Source of the DNA: Hormoscilla sp.
GTDB lineage: Bacteria > Cyanobacteriota > Cyanobacteriia > Cyanobacteriales > Desertifilaceae
Direction: 5' to 3'
Length of the DNA: 43,680 bases
Assembly: GCA_051439505.1 (NCBI GenBank)
Contig: JBFRWI010000057.1
Coordinates: forward strand, 1 to 43,680
Shown here: positions 41,719 through 43,680 of the stretch, one piece after another
Layout: every line of letters begins with the position of its first letter
How positions within the stretch are numbered: position 1 is the first letter of the stretch
Made by a program: the position numbers and the translations under genes
The notes under the pieces: model-generated
The model's input: the letters and a program-made list of their open reading frames with translations, nothing else
Databases searched by the model: none
Told to the model about the DNA's origin: nothing

Positions 41719-41874
41719 GAGACGGAGTAGCCCGGCTACATGAACCAACGCGAAAGCCTGCGCGGGCTATATACATGTATCGGGCAATGCAGCTGGCGAT
41801 CGACAAATACATGACCACAGCCCTACTCTATCGCTGTTATAATTTAAGTATGTTACCCGATCGCGCGTCCAACT

Positions 41875-42147
41875 ATGCTACTTTTATCCAAACTGCAAAG
41901 TTTGCCAAACAGTTTTCCAGTTGAAGGGGCTGTCAAGATCGAATTAGTTGAAGGCATCCCCATCTTTCATGCTTCTAGTACAGTTAAGAGACGGATTAAC
42001 ACATTATTGGAAAAAGAGAACAAATTACTCCTCAATCATGAAGAAAAACAATAACTCTATCTGTATGAATAAATCGATGATTATCTCAGCTCGTTAAATC
42101 GAACTGTTCGCAAGATTTACTTGCATCAGAACCAATCAGATTTATAA
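41875..42147 (+). pseudogene. Pseudogene of a small cyanobacterial hypothetical protein (two in-frame stops)
   Basis: MLLLSKLQSLPNSFPVEGAVKIELVEGIPIFHASSTV...EEKQ*LYLYE*IDDYLSSLNRTVR; TAA at 42052 and 42070. Confidence 0.65.
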
Positions 42148-42206
42148 ACCATGCCTGTTCGTCGTTAAATTTCCGAGCCGTGCAGTCGTTACCTGGTCGA
42201 AAAACT

Positions 42207-43088
42207 ATGGATTTCATTAACCCTAAAACTGATTTCGCCTTCAAGAAAATCTTTGGTTCATCGGATAGTAAGGATATTCTGATTAGCTTCCTGAATGCCC
42301 TCCTCTATCAAGGGGAAGCAAGGATTAAAGATTTGGAAATCATCGATCCCTATTCTCCTGGGAAGGTTGCCATTCTCAAGGATAGCTATTTGGATGTGAG
42401 GGCCACCCTTAAGGATAATACTATGGTTATCGTGGAAATGCAGGTGTGGCGCGTGGCAGATTTTGAGCAACGAATTTTGTATAATGCTGCTAAAGCTTAT
42501 GCAAATCAACTGGGCAAAGGAGAAGGATACAGTAAGTTAAAGCCTCTCATCGCTCTCACTTTGACGGATTTTGTCTTGTTTCCAGAGCAAGATATGGTTA
42601 TTTCTAACTTTGTCTTCAAAGAACGATCGCGGGAATTAGATTTTTCTACGAACCCCTATATAGAATTGCTATTCGTGGAATTGCCCAACTTTAAGAAAGA
42701 ATTGTCCCAGTTGTCAAGCTTGACGGATAAATGGATTTATTTTATGAAACATGCGATCGATTTGCAAATGGTGCCGGAAACCATGGCAGAAGTGTCGGAA
42801 ATTCAGAAAGCTTTTGCGATCGCCAATGAAGCTAATTTTAATCGCCAGGAGTTAGAAGATTTAGAAAAGCGGGAAATGTTTCTTGAAGACCAAAGAAATC
42901 TCAAGAGGGGAGGACAACAGGATTTACTTATCCGTCTACTGGGACGTATAATTGGTCCTGTGGAACCCCAACAGGAAATTCGCATCCGCCATTTATCTTT
43001 GGCACAGTTGGAGAGTCTGGCAGATGCGATTCTGGATTTTACTACGGCATCGGATTTGTCTGCTTGGCTGGATAATGTTAAGAATTAG
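42207..43088 (+). CDS. Rpn family recombination-promoting nuclease / putative transposase (PD-(D/E)xK) with DUF4351-like tail
   Basis: FINPKTDFAFKKIFG, SYLDVRA, VIVEMQV, FVELPNF, DKWIYF; C-terminal LSLAQLESLADAILDF. Confidence 0.92.
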   Translation: MDFINPKTDFAFKKIFGSSDSKDILISFLNALLYQGEARIKDLEIIDPYSPGKVAILKDSYLDVRATLKDNTMVIVEMQVWRVADFEQRILYNAAKAYANQLGKGEGYSKLKPLIALTLTDFVLFPEQDMVISNFVFKERSRELDFSTNPYIELLFVELPNFKKELSQLSSLTDKWIYFMKHAIDLQMVPETMAEVSEIQKAFAIANEANFNRQELEDLEKREMFLEDQRNLKRGGQQDLLIRLLGRIIGPVEPQQEIRIRHLSLAQLESLADAILDFTTASDLSAWLDNVKN

Positions 43089-43219
43089 AAGGGGCGATCG
43101 CACCGAGTGGCCTATCCTGGGGCGGAAGTGCGCGCAGCGCTACTCCGAACTCCGATTTTTCCGGAACGGTACTTTACCCCTCACGTTGACCGGTAGTGGG
43201 CAGATCCGGGGTGAGGGGG

Positions 43220-43354
43220 CAATACTTCTCGGTATGCCGCGAAATTCCTCGGGAGTGGGGAGTGGCCAGAGAGAAGTGGAGAGTGGGGAGTGGCCCCCGC
43301 GTCCGGTGCGTCCCCGCGTCCGGTGCGTCCCTTCTCCCTAACCGAGAAGTATTG
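43220..43354. mobile_element. MITE, 135 bp, 14-bp TIR, 10-bp target-site duplication (Nezha/IS4-like)
   Basis: CAATACTTCTCGGT...ACCGAGAAGTATTG flanked by GGTGAGGGGG at 43210-43219 and 43355-43364. Confidence 0.88.
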
Positions 43355-43428
43355 GGTGAGGGGGTATAAAAGGTAATAAACAGAGCGCCCCGGATAGACA
43401 ATTATGACAAAATGCCGCTCCCTCAAGG

Positions 43429-43650
43429 GAAAAGGTTCTTTTCTCATAGCGGAAAAGGTTCTTCTCTCGGCGAGAAAAGGTTCTTCTCTCGGCGAGAAAA
43501 GGTTCTTCTCTCGGCGAGAAAAGGTTCTTCTCTCGGCGAGAAAAGGTTCTTCCCTCGGCGAGAAAAGGTTCTTCTCTCGGCGAGAAAAGGTTCTTCCCTC
43601 ATAGCGGAAAAGGATCTTCCCTCATAGCGGAAAAGGATCTTCCCTCATAG
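43429..43650. repeat. Tandem array of about 10 units of 22-23 bp
   Basis: GAAAAGGTTCTTCTCTCGGCGA and the variant GAAAAGG(T/A)TCTTCCCTCATAGCG, with no spacers. Confidence 0.92.
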
Positions 43651-43680
43651 GGTGTGGTCTACGTGAGGGAAGTGATTATG

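Noticed and set aside
41192..41924. Short ORFs of 60-116 aa on both strands
   Set aside because: They are low-complexity translations of repeats and the MITE, with no protein-like signal.
43404..43627. Repetitive ORFs of 66-71 aa
   Set aside because: Artefacts of the 22-bp tandem array.
43429..43650. CRISPR array
   Set aside because: Units are head-to-tail with no unique spacers, and there are no cas genes in the window.

Overview
Chromosomal window from a cyanobacterium, probably a filamentous Oscillatoriales-like one. This is inferred from the very frequent HIP1 octamer GCGATCGC, heptameric STRR-like repeats and the cyanobacterial gene content. It carries housekeeping genes (cysE, nrdJ, argC, ribBA, cimA, a ferredoxin) and many signalling genes (histidine kinases, a diguanylate cyclase, a PP2C/FHA-kinase pair, a STAS/SpoIIE/RsbW partner-switch module). 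It also has a VapBC toxin-antitoxin pair and a repeat-rich right end. Main observations: (1) nrdJ looks broken into two ORFs but is interrupted at its catalytic NPCG|E motif by a 255-nt ORF-less group I intron (18880-19134) whose P1, P3-P7, P9 and P10 helices can be read from the sequence. (2) An apparent two-gene operon in which a sigma-70 factor is fused to a ~170-aa N-terminal domain resembling the N-terminus of cyanobacterial type IIG/Eco57I-like restriction-modification proteins, overlapping a PLD-nuclease/SNF2 helicase gene; this is a candidate undescribed defence or regulatory system. (3) Two MITEs with clean terminal inverted repeats and 9-bp and 10-bp target-site duplications. All family assignments come from motif recognition by eye; no database searches were run.
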